Shown: piece after piece, positions 28,479-39,108 of the stretch
How the letters are laid out: the number at the start of each line of letters is the position of its first letter
Position numbering within the stretch: position 1 is the first letter of the stretch
Source: an uncultured Verrucomicrobiae bacterium
GTDB taxonomy: Bacteria > Verrucomicrobiota > Verrucomicrobiia > Chthoniobacterales > Chthoniobacteraceae
DNA length: 64,000 nt
Assembly (NCBI GenBank): GCA_963828525.1
Contig: CAWHEP010000006.1
Span: 32,001 to 96,000, forward strand
Direction: 5' to 3'
The notes under the pieces: generated by a model
Databases searched by the model: none
What the model saw: the letters and a program-made list of their open reading frames with translations, nothing else
What the model was told of the DNA's origin: nothing
Made by a program: the position numbers and the translations under genes

Positions 28479-31214
28479 TTGTTTCTTCATTTCCCACCCC
28501 CTGGAATTACAGGAAGGCTCGCTGCTCTTGTCGGCGCCGTTTTCTTTTCCGCATCCGTCTGCGCGGCGACGCGGAGTGGAGAGGTCATCCTTGGCGAGAT
28601 GAATTGCGTGGCTTGCCACACCGCCGAAGCTCCGGTCGCCGCCCGGCTTGCTTCCAAGCGCGCGCCAGTTCTCGGGGAGAACGGTCTTCGCATTACCCCG
28701 CAGTGGCTTCGCTCTTTCCTGATGAATCCACAAGGAGTGACGCCCGGAACCACGATGCCGGACGCTCTGCATTGGATGGGAGCCAAGGAGAAAGCAGAGA
28801 CCGTGGACGCTCTTGTTCACTATCTCATATCTTTGCAGAGTCCTCATGACGCGGCCACATTCGCCGACGCGACAGTCGTAGCGAAAGGCCGCGACCTGTA
28901 CCACACGGTTGGCTGTGTGGCGTGCCACGCGCCGGACGATCCGCCGCCCCACGGAACAAATGACACCGTATCCAAATCGGAGATCGATCAGCTAAGCCGC
29001 GATTCCGTTCCGCTCGGCATGCTGGATCAAAAAACCACAGTGCCGGAGATGGCTGCTTTTTTGCGCAATCCGCTGCAAATCCGCCCTTCAGGCCGGATGC
29101 CTTCGTTGAAGCTGGGAGACGCTGAGGCAACCGCTATCGGCATGTATCTGCTCCGCGGGCAAATGCCCGAGGGCGGGGCGACGAAGGGGAGGGGACTCGC
29201 GTACGAACTTTTCGAAGGCAACTTCTCCGAGATTCCTGATTTTGACCGCCTCAAAGTCAACGCATCAGGTGTTACCGAAAAAATAAAGGCCCTTCCACGG
29301 CAGGGGGATACAAGTTTTGCAATGCGGTTTACCGGCACGCTAAAAGCGCCGATCGAGGGGGAGTACGTTTTTTCCGTGAAGGCGGGGGGCGCAACCAGAC
29401 TCTCCATCGATGAAAAGCTGTTGATCGATAACGGGATGCATCATGGCAAGGAGAAAGGCGAGCGAATCGTCCTTACAGCAGGCGATCACCTCATCTCCCT
29501 CCTCTACGCCAATGGCGGGGGGGGTGATGATCTCGCGGTGTCCTGGCGGGGGCCGAAACTTAAGGAGCAGGAGCTCGGGTCTGCGGCGCTTTCGCACCCG
29601 ACAACGCCCCTGTATCCCACCGCGGGGGAGGCCTTTTCCCTAGATCACTCAAAAGCCGAACGCGGCAGGCGCCTCTTCGCTTCGTTGAACTGCGCCGCAT
29701 GCCACCAGATTGGAGAGCGCGCGTTGGCGGCAAAGCCCCTCGCCAGTCTTGCCCTTGGCCGGCCGGACAGCTGCATCGGCAAGGCGGTCGCCAAAGGCCT
29801 GCCAAAATACGCGCTTTCTGATGAGGCGCGCGCCGCCGTCCAGACGACGCTCGGAGCGCTGGGGGAACTCGCGAAGCCTCTGGCGCCTGCCGAGCAAATC
29901 AACCGCACGATGTCCGCTCTTAACTGCTTCGCATGCCATAATCGCGCTCAGAGAGGGGGGGCGGAAGGCCCTCGCCGCGACTACTTCACCTCCGCCGGTG
30001 GCGCTGATGTGGGAGACGAAGGGCGTCTGCCTCCTTCGCTGAATGGGGTCGGAGCCAAACTGAAACCGGAGGCCATCGCCTCGATTCTCTGGCAGGGCGC
30101 GGTCGCGCGGCCTTACATGCAGACGCGCATGCCTCAGTTCGGCGAGGAGAATGTGAAACATCTCGTTCCCGCCTTTGATAGCGCCGACTCAACCAGCAAC
30201 CCTTTGCCTGAGCCGCCCGCATTCGCGTCCTCTGTCTCCACCGGGAGGAAGCTCGTGGGGGTAAATGGTCTGGCTTGCGTTGCCTGCCACACCTTCAAGC
30301 AGCAACAACTGGGTATCCCCGCAGTTGACCTGACATTGATGCACAATCGCCTGAAGTTCGATTGGTTTCATCGCTACGTTATCGATCCACAATCCCTGCG
30401 GCCTGGCACGCGCATGCTGAGTTTTTGGCCAGGTGGACACGCCGTGAATAAGCAAATCGCGGGCGGCGACACAGATCGGCAGATCGAAGCCATCTGGTAT
30501 TATCTGGCAAAAGGCGCGGAGGCCGATCCTCCGGATGGGCTCATCAAGGCGAAAATGGAACTGGTACCGGACAAGGAAGCCATCATCTACCGCAATTTCA
30601 TTCTGGGCGCGGGCGCGCGCGCGATCGGTGTTGGTTATCCAGAACGGGCTAATCTTGCCTTCGATGCAGAGGAGATGCGCCTGGCGTTGCTTTGGCAGGG
30701 ACCGTTCATTGACGCGTCGCGGCATAGGACCCAGCGAGGCCTCGGGTTTGAGCCTCCGCTCGGAACGAACGTTGTGAAGTGGACTGCGGGTCCGCCGCTT
30801 GCGGTTCTCCCTTCTCAGGCTGCTCAATGGCCTGCGGCTGTCGGTAAGGCGGGTGGCTTCCAGTTCCGGGGCTATCATCTGGATGAGGAGCAGCGCCCAA
30901 CGTTCCTTTATGACTATATGGGCACGCGCGTTGAAGACTACCCGCTTGCTGTCGCGCATGACCCCGACGCAGGATTCAGAAGGACACTCTCCTTCACATC
31001 TGCCCGTCCGCCCGCGCAACTTTACTTTCGAGCTGCCGCGGGAGCCGCTGTGGTTCAGAAGGCAAATGGCTCTTTCTTGGTGGATGACAAAGTTCTCGTT
31101 ACTTTGACAGGAGGAAAAGCGAGCATCCGCCGAACCGGAAAACTCTCGGAAATTATTGTGCCGCTGATCTTCCAGGACGGCAAAGCTCAGATCACGGAAG
31201 AACTCAACTGGTAA
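28479..31214 (+). CDS. Multiheme c-type cytochrome with PA14 domain
   Basis: Five CxxCH motifs (CVACH, CVACH, CAACH, CFACH, CVACH); PA14-like FAMRFTG.L...GEY.F. Confidence 0.88.
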   Translation: MFLHFPPPGITGRLAALVGAVFFSASVCAATRSGEVILGEMNCVACHTAEAPVAARLASKRAPVLGENGLRITPQWLRSFLMNPQGVTPGTTMPDALHWMGAKEKAETVDALVHYLISLQSPHDAATFADATVVAKGRDLYHTVGCVACHAPDDPPPHGTNDTVSKSEIDQLSRDSVPLGMLDQKTTVPEMAAFLRNPLQIRPSGRMPSLKLGDAEATAIGMYLLRGQMPEGGATKGRGLAYELFEGNFSEIPDFDRLKVNASGVTEKIKALPRQGDTSFAMRFTGTLKAPIEGEYVFSVKAGGATRLSIDEKLLIDNGMHHGKEKGERIVLTAGDHLISLLYANGGGGDDLAVSWRGPKLKEQELGSAALSHPTTPLYPTAGEAFSLDHSKAERGRRLFASLNCAACHQIGERALAAKPLASLALGRPDSCIGKAVAKGLPKYALSDEARAAVQTTLGALGELAKPLAPAEQINRTMSALNCFACHNRAQRGGAEGPRRDYFTSAGGADVGDEGRLPPSLNGVGAKLKPEAIASILWQGAVARPYMQTRMPQFGEENVKHLVPAFDSADSTSNPLPEPPAFASSVSTGRKLVGVNGLACVACHTFKQQQLGIPAVDLTLMHNRLKFDWFHRYVIDPQSLRPGTRMLSFWPGGHAVNKQIAGGDTDRQIEAIWYYLAKGAEADPPDGLIKAKMELVPDKEAIIYRNFILGAGARAIGVGYPERANLAFDAEEMRLALLWQGPFIDASRHRTQRGLGFEPPLGTNVVKWTAGPPLAVLPSQAAQWPAAVGKAGGFQFRGYHLDEEQRPTFLYDYMGTRVEDYPLAVAHDPDAGFRRTLSFTSARPPAQLYFRAAAGAAVVQKANGSFLVDDKVLVTLTGGKASIRRTGKLSEIIVPLIFQDGKAQITEELNW

Positions 31215-31219
31215 GCAAA

Positions 31220-32725
31220 ATGAAGACGTTGACCCTTCTGGTTCTTTGCCTTGCGCTGTGTCACATGACAAATGCTCGGGATGCGCGTCCCGCGTCGAGC
31301 GACTCCTCCGAGGCGGCGTATTACCGGATCATCACGTTGCCTACTCCCCAGGGTGTGCAGTTTGAAGCGGGTGAACTCTGTTTTTTGCCAGGAGATCGGC
31401 TCGCTGCCTCGACACGCATTGGGGACATATGGATAGCGGATGGTGTCCTTGGTGATCCGGCCAAGGTAAAGTGGAAGCTCTTCGCCAGCGGTCTCCACGA
31501 GATACTCGGCCTGGCGTATCGCGACGGCTGGATCTACGCGACTCAGAGGCCGGAAGTCACTCGCATCAGGGACAGCAAAGGCACGGGACGCGCGGACATA
31601 TTCGAGACGGTGAGTGATGCATGGGGAATTAACGGCGACTACCACGAATACGCCTTCGGATCGAAGTTCGATAAGCAGGGATACATGTGGGTTCTTCTCA
31701 CGCTTTCGGGATCGGTGGCGAGCAACTCCCCCTTCCGCGGTTGGGGGATGCGGATCGCGCCCGACGGAAGAACCATTCCTATATGCACCGGCATACGATC
31801 ATCTGGTGGGCTTGGCTTCAATGCGGCAGGCGACCTGTTTTATACAGATAACCAGGGTTACTGGAATGGCACGTGCCCGCTACGCCAGCTCATCCCGGGA
31901 GAGTTCGAGGGCAACCCCACAGGGCTGCCGTGGTTTGATAATCCTGCGACCAAAGCGTTTGCGACTTCCTCGGGCCTCATACGGCCCGCGGCCCCGAAGA
32001 GCGGAGGCACGTCTCGGCTCTACGATGAGGCCCGGCGCATTCCCCAGCTTCACCCCCCCGCCGTCTATTTCCCGTATAAGAAGATGGGACAGTCGGCCAG
32101 CGGCATCGCCTGCGACCTGAGCAACGGTCGATTCGGCCCTTTCAAAAACCAGCTATTCATCGGCGATCAGACCTACAGCACGGTGATGCGTGTCGCCTTG
32201 GAAAAGGTGAATGGGCGCTACCAGGGTGCCTGTTTTCCTTTTAAGGAGGGGTTTGATTCGGGCAACCTCGGCCTCGAGTTTGCAAATCAGGGGCCGCTGT
32301 TCGTATTCGGAACGGATCGTGGCTGGACGGCAAGAGGCGGGAAACCATACGCTCTGCAGCGTCTTGAATGGACGGGGAAGGTACCGTTCGAGATCAACGA
32401 GATGCGCGCCCGTTCGGACGGTTTCGAGCTTACCTTCACGCAGCCGGTCGATGCCGCTGCGGTGGGCGCAATCGAGAGTTACAAGATTGAAACGTACACG
32501 TATGTCTATCAATCCACCTATGGCAGCCCCGAGGTGGATCAGACGACTCCCGTTATCCAGAAAGTGACGGTCGCGACAGACAGAATGAGCGCCCATCTAA
32601 TGATCTCGGGCCTTGTGCCGGGACACGTCCACGAGATGCACTTTCCCGGCGTTCGTTCCGCAGCAGGAGAGTTGCTTCTGCACGATGGAGCTTACTACAC
32701 GCTGAACGCGATTCCGGAACGATAG
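31220..32725 (+). CDS. Secreted beta-propeller protein (sorbosone dehydrogenase-like, PVC type)
   Basis: Signal peptide; GLHE.LGL, YHEYAFG, TDNQG.W, GPF.NQLFIGD. Confidence 0.75.
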   Translation: MKTLTLLVLCLALCHMTNARDARPASSDSSEAAYYRIITLPTPQGVQFEAGELCFLPGDRLAASTRIGDIWIADGVLGDPAKVKWKLFASGLHEILGLAYRDGWIYATQRPEVTRIRDSKGTGRADIFETVSDAWGINGDYHEYAFGSKFDKQGYMWVLLTLSGSVASNSPFRGWGMRIAPDGRTIPICTGIRSSGGLGFNAAGDLFYTDNQGYWNGTCPLRQLIPGEFEGNPTGLPWFDNPATKAFATSSGLIRPAAPKSGGTSRLYDEARRIPQLHPPAVYFPYKKMGQSASGIACDLSNGRFGPFKNQLFIGDQTYSTVMRVALEKVNGRYQGACFPFKEGFDSGNLGLEFANQGPLFVFGTDRGWTARGGKPYALQRLEWTGKVPFEINEMRARSDGFELTFTQPVDAAAVGAIESYKIETYTYVYQSTYGSPEVDQTTPVIQKVTVATDRMSAHLMISGLVPGHVHEMHFPGVRSAAGELLLHDGAYYTLNAIPER

Positions 32726-32780
32726 CGGGTTGTTGAAAGAGCTGGAAGAACCGCGACAGCCCCCGGCGCGGTCCAGATCT

Positions 32781-33944
32781 TCAAAGAGCAAGGCTGCGCA
32801 GTCGTTCGATGGCTTGCTCCATAACCGGTAACTCGATCTCGGAAGTTTCGAACCGTTTCCCGATCCCCAAAGGGAACGTGATGCACAGCTTGCCGCCCAG
32901 ATGCTCGCGGAAATCCTCCAGGCCTTCGAATATCTCCAGCCTGCCATCCTTCTCGCGCGACATTTCGGCGAACCACACCGGCAGGCCAGCTTTCACCATG
33001 GCCAGCCGGATCGAAGCAAACTCTTCCTCTGTGAGCCACCCTTGTATCGCCGCGTAAGCGCAGTCCAGCAGTACTCCCACACCGACAGCTTCCCCGTGCG
33101 GGATTGCAAAGCGCGACATCACCTCCAGCTTGTGGGCCGACCAGTGGCCGAAATCCAGCGGCCGGGCCGCGCCGAACTCAAAGGGGTCGCCACCCGAAGC
33201 GATATGAGTCAAATGCAACTCGGCGCAGCGGCGCGCCAGCCATCCCATGGCGTCCATGTCTCGCCGGCGAAGGGCGTCCGCGTTAGCAGCGAGGAAGTCA
33301 AAGAATACCCGATCCTGAATGATCGCCACCTTGAACGCTTCCGAGATGCCGCTGATCCACGCGCGGTCATTCAGCGAGAGGAGGAAACGCCGATCATTGA
33401 TGACCGCGAAAGGCGGGGAGAATACGCCTATCGCGTTTTTCGTTCCATCCAGATTGACCCCGTTTTTGACGCCTACTCCTGAATCGTTCTGGGCCAGCAC
33501 AGTCGTCGGAACCCGAATGAGTCGCAATCCGCGATGCGTCAGCGCGGCCGCGCAACCCGCGGCGTCGAGTACCGCGCCGCCACCAACCACTATCACGAAC
33601 GAGTGCCTGCAGAGCCGCGCTCGCACCATCGTCTGAACCATCGCGAGGACGAAGGAGAATTCATTTTTGATCGCTTCTCCTCCTTTCGCCACGAGGGGAG
33701 CCCCGACGAGTTCCATGCGGTCGGCATGGGAGGCGAAATACTCCTTCACAGACTCTGCAAGCTGGGGCAGCGCTTCAACCACGCCGGAGTCCAGAACCAC
33801 CAGCGCGCGATGACTTCGCGCTTCATCCAGCCGGCACATCGCTTCGACAAGTGTCGAGTTCGCGGCTTCGAAGATCCCATCTGTGAACAGCACCGGATAC
33901 TCGAACGAGACAGTCAGCCGTTGCGTGATGCTCCCGTCACTCAC
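32781..33944 (-). CDS. eboD: 3-dehydroquinate synthase-like sugar phosphate cyclase (EboD type)
   Basis: GGGAVLD, PTTVLAQNDSGVGVKN, ARPLDFGHWSAHKLE, HGEAV. Confidence 0.8.
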   Translation of the reverse strand: MSDGSITQRLTVSFEYPVLFTDGIFEAANSTLVEAMCRLDEARSHRALVVLDSGVVEALPQLAESVKEYFASHADRMELVGAPLVAKGGEAIKNEFSFVLAMVQTMVRARLCRHSFVIVVGGGAVLDAAGCAAALTHRGLRLIRVPTTVLAQNDSGVGVKNGVNLDGTKNAIGVFSPPFAVINDRRFLLSLNDRAWISGISEAFKVAIIQDRVFFDFLAANADALRRRDMDAMGWLARRCAELHLTHIASGGDPFEFGAARPLDFGHWSAHKLEVMSRFAIPHGEAVGVGVLLDCAYAAIQGWLTEEEFASIRLAMVKAGLPVWFAEMSREKDGRLEIFEGLEDFREHLGGKLCITFPLGIGKRFETSEIELPVMEQAIERLRSLAL

Positions 33945-35221
33945 GCGCTCGCATCCAGTCGCTGCCGCGCCACTTCAGCAAGTTCAATGAGGGTCTTTGG
34001 CTTGACGGCAAAATTAATAGAGGAGCGCCACGCCGCGTCCATGTTCGTTCCGGGGCGTCCATGAGTGCCGAGCACCCGTGACGTGTCCGAACTCACACTC
34101 AGGGGTGGCCACCCGAAGAACAGCTCACAAGGGTCGTAACCGGGCTTGTTGTGGATATCCACATGGCTCGCGAAATCTGGAGCCTTGTCGTGATCGTCCC
34201 ACCATGGATAGGCAAACCATCTCCCTTCTTCCGCTATTAACACCAGTTCGCCACCACGGGGATGATCCAGGCCCATGCTTTTCTGCTCCGCGCGGTTTAG
34301 GATACGCCGGATCCCCGGCAAATCTCGCAACACATCCCGCGCTTGTTCCGCAGCGGAGGGGTCTCCGTAGATGTGCGCTATCTGATGATCGGCCACGGCG
34401 AACGCGCGTCCTGAGAAAAAATCCGGGTAGCTCATCCCGCCTGCCTCGCGCGTGGCGAACAGACCCGCCTCCCGCAAGCGTCGGTTTGGAAAGATCGCCG
34501 GGCCGGTGACTTGCTCGATCGCGTAGTCCCCGTAGATGATGAAATCATAGCCGTGTAGTTGAGCATGCGCTTCGATCTTCGCCAGGTATCCCAGGAAAGT
34601 CTGGAAGGCGAGACGGGCGGCGCTGGACTGCGGGCCGTAGCGCTGCAAATCGTAATCCAGATGAGGGATGTAGGAAAGAAGAAGACCCGGGGCATCGTCC
34701 ATCTCCATGACGTTGAGCGTTGCGTCCACAATCCAGTCGCTGGAACGGCGCGAGGCAAGCGGCCCCCAGTAATGCATGAGGTTGAATGATCGCCCGTTCA
34801 GATTCCGCAGCAGCCGTGTATAAAGGTCGGGCGGCTCCGCCTGGCATGCCTGGATCATCCCGCCTCCATGTTTATGAATGGGCGCGGGTGACAGCACCCA
34901 GTCCACCCGTTCGCCGAGGCTGTGCTGCCAAAACATCATGCCCACCCGTCCGCCGGCGGATCGGTAACGGTCCCAGATCCTTTCCCCTTGCACGAGCGCC
35001 GCGGATTGCTCCCAGAACATTACTTTGCGGAGGTCTCTGAAGAAGAGTCCATTCGAAACCATCCCGTGCGCCGCTGGCAGAGTTGCCGTCCGAAACGAGG
35101 CCTGCGCGGTGCAGGTCACGGCCGGAAATACCGGCTCCAGCCGATCGAAGTTCCCAGGACTAAAGCGGGACGCCATGTCCCAGCCCAGCGCCGCTGCTTG
35201 TATGACGAGGAGTTTTCGCAT
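33941..35221 (-). CDS. eboF: Alkaline phosphatase/nucleotide pyrophosphatase family protein (EboF type)
   Basis: PAVTCTAQ, HG.VSNG, YIPHLDYDLQRYGP, VDIHNKPGYDPCELF. Confidence 0.8.
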   Translation of the reverse strand: MRKLLVIQAAALGWDMASRFSPGNFDRLEPVFPAVTCTAQASFRTATLPAAHGMVSNGLFFRDLRKVMFWEQSAALVQGERIWDRYRSAGGRVGMMFWQHSLGERVDWVLSPAPIHKHGGGMIQACQAEPPDLYTRLLRNLNGRSFNLMHYWGPLASRRSSDWIVDATLNVMEMDDAPGLLLSYIPHLDYDLQRYGPQSSAARLAFQTFLGYLAKIEAHAQLHGYDFIIYGDYAIEQVTGPAIFPNRRLREAGLFATREAGGMSYPDFFSGRAFAVADHQIAHIYGDPSAAEQARDVLRDLPGIRRILNRAEQKSMGLDHPRGGELVLIAEEGRWFAYPWWDDHDKAPDFASHVDIHNKPGYDPCELFFGWPPLSVSSDTSRVLGTHGRPGTNMDAAWRSSINFAVKPKTLIELAEVARQRLDASA

Positions 35222-35377
35222 CGGATCCCATGTTCGACGACGCTGCGGGCGAAATCAGCCGAATATTGTCCGCGACAGTATCGCGCGCCCCGCGCCGGGT
35301 CAACCTGCGCGCTCTCCCAGCGCGGACAAATCTCGCTTGCTACCCTTCCGGCGTTTCGCGATATTCCGCGTCCCCAA

Positions 35378-36679
35378 ATGCAACAAATCGGCATCGGACT
35401 GGCGGGATTAGGCACAGTAGGAGGAGGCGTTTACAAACACCTCACGAAGAACCGTGTCCTGCTCATGGAACGGCTTGGTTTGGAACTCGTCGTCCGCCGC
35501 ATTGCCGTGCGGGATATTGGCAAGGCGCGCGCTGTCTCCGCTCCTTCTGATCTGCTAACCCAGGACTGGCGCGAGCTCATCGATGACCCATCCATTCAAA
35601 TCGTCGTGGAGTTGATAGGGAATATAGAGGCCGCGCTTGAATTGGTCCTGCGGGCGATAGACAGCGGCAAAATCGTAGTCACCGGCAACAAAGCTCTCCT
35701 CGCGGAGCATGGGGATCAAATTTTCCGCGCGGCTACTCTTAAGAAAGTTCCCGTCTTCTTTGAGGCGGCTGCCGCGGGAGGCATCCCCATCATAAAAGCC
35801 ATTCGCGAGGCGTTCATCGGGAATCACATAGAATCCATCCACGGGATTATCAACGGCACAAGTAACTACATTCTCTCGAGGATGACGGCGTCAGGCTTGA
35901 GTTTTCACGCTGCTTTGAAAGAGGCGCAGGAGCTTGGATTCGCCGAAGCGGATCCGGCCCTGGATGTGAACGGATGGGACGCCGCGCACAAAGCGATTAT
36001 ACTGGCCTCGCTCGCCTATGGCTTCTGGGTTCGAACCGACAAGATCTATGTCGAAGGGATCGAGATGATCACCGCGGAAGACATCCGTTTTTCCCGCGAA
36101 CTGGGCTACTGCATAAAGTTGCTCGCTATCATCAAGGCCGATGAGAAGGAGGGGATCGAGGTGCGCGTCCACCCCACGCTCATACCCCTCTCGCACGTCC
36201 TCGCTTCCGTGAACGGTGTCTTTAACGCCGTGGCGGTGCGCGGCGACGTGGTCGGCGAGACGCTGTTTTATGGGCGCGGCGCGGGGCAGGACCCTACCTC
36301 CAGCGCTGTCTTGAGCGATTTGGCGGAAGCCGCCGCCGCGATTGATTGCCCGCGCCGCAGCTTCGGTTTTACGCCTCACGCGCTCTATGGAATTTGCAAG
36401 CGGATCGATGAAGTCGTATCTCAATACTACTTGCGCATTTCCGTGATTGATAAGCCAGGCACCCTGGCGCGCGTCGCGGGTATCCTGGCGGAACTCGAGA
36501 TTGGCATTTCTTCAGTCATTCAGCCCGAGGCCCAGGAAGGCGAGTCTGTGCCGCTCATCCTCATGATCCACGACGCGACAAACACACAAATGACCTCCGC
36601 ATTGCTTCAGATTTCCCGGCTTGAATGTGTGAAGCGTCCCCCACGCATGATCCGCGTGGAAGCTTTTTCAGTATCATGA
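35378..36679 (+). CDS. hom: Homoserine dehydrogenase
   Basis: GLGTVGGG, VTGNK, INGTSNYIL, EADP..DV.G.DAAHK, C-terminal ACT domain. Confidence 0.96.
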   Translation: MQQIGIGLAGLGTVGGGVYKHLTKNRVLLMERLGLELVVRRIAVRDIGKARAVSAPSDLLTQDWRELIDDPSIQIVVELIGNIEAALELVLRAIDSGKIVVTGNKALLAEHGDQIFRAATLKKVPVFFEAAAAGGIPIIKAIREAFIGNHIESIHGIINGTSNYILSRMTASGLSFHAALKEAQELGFAEADPALDVNGWDAAHKAIILASLAYGFWVRTDKIYVEGIEMITAEDIRFSRELGYCIKLLAIIKADEKEGIEVRVHPTLIPLSHVLASVNGVFNAVAVRGDVVGETLFYGRGAGQDPTSSAVLSDLAEAAAAIDCPRRSFGFTPHALYGICKRIDEVVSQYYLRISVIDKPGTLARVAGILAELEIGISSVIQPEAQEGESVPLILMIHDATNTQMTSALLQISRLECVKRPPRMIRVEAFSVS

Positions 36680-37773
36680 AGCCGCTCCTCCATGATCGCG
36701 GCATCATCGCGCGGTATCGTGAGTTCCTGCCGGTCTCGGGAACGACCCCTGTTGTTTCGCTCAGCGAGGGTTCGACTCCCCTTATATATTCGCCGCGCCT
36801 TAGCGAGAAGGTAGGGAGCGACTGTGAGGTTTACCTGAAGTTTGAGGGGTTGAACCCAACGGGCTCCTTCAAAGATCGCGGGATGACAATGGCAATCTCC
36901 AAGGCGGTGGAGCAGGGGGCCCGCGCCGTGATCTGCGCCTCTACTGGCAATACCTCCGCCTCCGCGGCGGCGTACGCTGCCCGCGCCGGATTGCAGTGCA
37001 TCGTGATACTCCCCGCCGGCAAGATTGCGATGGGTAAACTCGCCCAGGCTTTCGTCTATGGCGCGAGGGTCATCGCCATAGACGGCAATTTCGATGACGC
37101 GTTGCGCCTGGTGCGCGAAATCGCGGAGACCGAGAATTTTTCCATCGTGAATTCGATCAACCCCCACCGGATCGAAGGACAAAAGACCGCCGCCTTTGAG
37201 GTAGTCGAGGAGCTTGGGCGCGCTCCGGACCTGCATTTTCTGCCCGTCGGCAACGCGGGAAACATCACTGCCTACTGGAAAGGCTACACCGAGTTTCATC
37301 GGGAGGGGCGCTGCGGCTCACTGCCGAGGATGGTCGGTTTCCAGGCTGCGGGTTCCGCGCCTATCTTTTACAACAAGGTTGTTACCAATCCCGAGACCGT
37401 GGCCAGTGCCATTCGCATTGGCAATCCGGCGAGCTGGAAATTCGCCACAGCGGCGATTTCAGAATCGGGTGGCGCGATAGATATCGTCACTGACATTGAG
37501 ATCATGGCCGCCCAGAAATGGCTCGCTTGTCAGGAAGGGATCTTTGTGGAACCAGCCAGCGCCACTTCCGTCGCGGGCCTGTTAAAATGTCTCGGAGCCG
37601 ACCAATGCGGAGCATGCCCGCTTCCGCGCCTTCCTCCGAACGGCGTCATCGTTTGCACGGTGACTGGCCACGGGTTGAAGGATCCCGACGTCGCTCGCGA
37701 GCAATGCGGAAGCATGATCACTTCCAAAGCGGACAAAGCGGAGATAATGCTGAAGATTCGCTTGCCTGAGTAG
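36676..37773 (+). CDS. thrC: Threonine synthase
   Basis: NPTGSFKDRG, CASTGNTSAS, PVGNAGN, TGHGLKD. Confidence 0.95.
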   Translation: MKPLLHDRGIIARYREFLPVSGTTPVVSLSEGSTPLIYSPRLSEKVGSDCEVYLKFEGLNPTGSFKDRGMTMAISKAVEQGARAVICASTGNTSASAAAYAARAGLQCIVILPAGKIAMGKLAQAFVYGARVIAIDGNFDDALRLVREIAETENFSIVNSINPHRIEGQKTAAFEVVEELGRAPDLHFLPVGNAGNITAYWKGYTEFHREGRCGSLPRMVGFQAAGSAPIFYNKVVTNPETVASAIRIGNPASWKFATAAISESGGAIDIVTDIEIMAAQKWLACQEGIFVEPASATSVAGLLKCLGADQCGACPLPRLPPNGVIVCTVTGHGLKDPDVAREQCGSMITSKADKAEIMLKIRLPE

Positions 37774-37802
37774 AGTCGCGTCCGGTCCGGCTATCTGAAA
37801 AC

Positions 37803-39023
37803 GTGAGTCTCATTGTCCAAAAATACGGCGGCACTTCCGTCGGCAGTCCAGAGCGTATCCTGAATGTCGCGCGCCGCGTGGCCGCCACCCACGACGCGGG
37901 CAACAAAGTGGTAGTCGTAGTTTCGGCCATGTCCGGCGTCACAGACTCTCTCATCACCCTGGCTCGCGCCGTCTCGCCGAACCCCACGGATCGCGAGATG
38001 GATGTTCTCCTCGCGACCGGGGAGCAAACCACCATCGCCCTCACCGCGATGGCGGTAAATTCCTTGGGAAGGAAGGCGGTCTCTCTTACGGGAGCCCAAG
38101 CCGGGATCATCACTGACGGCGTTCACACCCGGGCGAAGATTTCCGATATTTCCCCGGCGCAGGTGCATGAATTTCTTGAGAGGGGCAATATCGTCATCGT
38201 CGCCGGATTCCAAGGGCATACCATGGAAGGACAGATCACCACCTTGGGCAGGGGAGGCTCGGATTTGACGGCAATTGCCATGGCCTCCGCCCTTGGCGCG
38301 AGTGTCTGTCAGATCTTTACGGACGTGGAGGGCGTGTATACCTGTGACCCGAAGATTGTTCCCGCCGCGCGGAAACTGGAGGAAATTTCTTACGACGAAA
38401 TGCTTGAGATGGCCAGCTCAGGATCGAAGGTCATGCAGTCCCGTTCCGTCGAATTTGCGAAGAAATTCGGCGTTCGTTTCGAGGTTCGCAGCAGTTTCAA
38501 TGACAACCCCGGCACTATCGTGAAAGAAGAAACTATGAGTATGGAAAATGTTGTCATTCGCGGGATCAGCATCGAGCGGAATCAAGCCAAGGTAACAATT
38601 TCCCAGGTGCCGGACAGGCCAGGCGTGGCTTCCCGGATTTTCGGGGCGATTGCCGAAGCAGGCCTCATCGTGGACATGATCGTGCAGAATGTGTCTTTTA
38701 GCGGCGCCACGGACATCTCTTTCACCTTAAATAAAGCGGAACTGCCGAAAGCGACCGGGATTTTGGAGCCGATCATCAAGGAGATCGGCGCGCATGCTCT
38801 GGTCCCGCAAGGCGGCATCGCCAAGTTGAGCGTGGTGGGAATCGGCATGCGTTCTCATTCCGGCGTGGCGGCCCAGCTCTTTGAATGCCTTAGCCAGGGC
38901 GGCATCAACATCCAGATGATCTCAACATCCGAGATCAAAATTGCAGTGATCATCGAGGAGAGCAAAATTGTCGAAGCCGCGAACCTCGCGCATGCGGGAT
39001 TTGGGCTTGAGATCGCCCGCTGA
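37803..39023 (+). CDS. lysC: Aspartate kinase
   Basis: VQKYGGTSV, TTLGRGGSD, two ACT domains, STSEIKI. Confidence 0.96.
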   Translation: MSLIVQKYGGTSVGSPERILNVARRVAATHDAGNKVVVVVSAMSGVTDSLITLARAVSPNPTDREMDVLLATGEQTTIALTAMAVNSLGRKAVSLTGAQAGIITDGVHTRAKISDISPAQVHEFLERGNIVIVAGFQGHTMEGQITTLGRGGSDLTAIAMASALGASVCQIFTDVEGVYTCDPKIVPAARKLEEISYDEMLEMASSGSKVMQSRSVEFAKKFGVRFEVRSSFNDNPGTIVKEETMSMENVVIRGISIERNQAKVTISQVPDRPGVASRIFGAIAEAGLIVDMIVQNVSFSGATDISFTLNKAELPKATGILEPIIKEIGAHALVPQGGIAKLSVVGIGMRSHSGVAAQLFECLSQGGINIQMISTSEIKIAVIIEESKIVEAANLAHAGFGLEIAR

Positions 39024-39046
39024 TAAGCAGCGCCTCTAAACGAAAA

Positions 39047-39085
39047 CCACCCTTCCGTGTTCATCGCGAACAGCGGCAAGGGTGG
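39047..39085 (-). terminator. Hairpin between convergent genes, probable intrinsic terminator
   Basis: CCACCCTT.CCG.TGTTC...GAACA.CGG.AAGGGTGG, followed by T4 on the minus strand. Confidence 0.5.
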
Positions 39086-39108
39086 CTTCCCGGGAGATGA
39101 CTGGGCTT

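Noticed and set aside
34922..35377. 152-aa N-terminal extension of homoserine dehydrogenase
   Set aside because: Overlaps the divergent eboF gene; similarity starts at MQQIGIG (35378)
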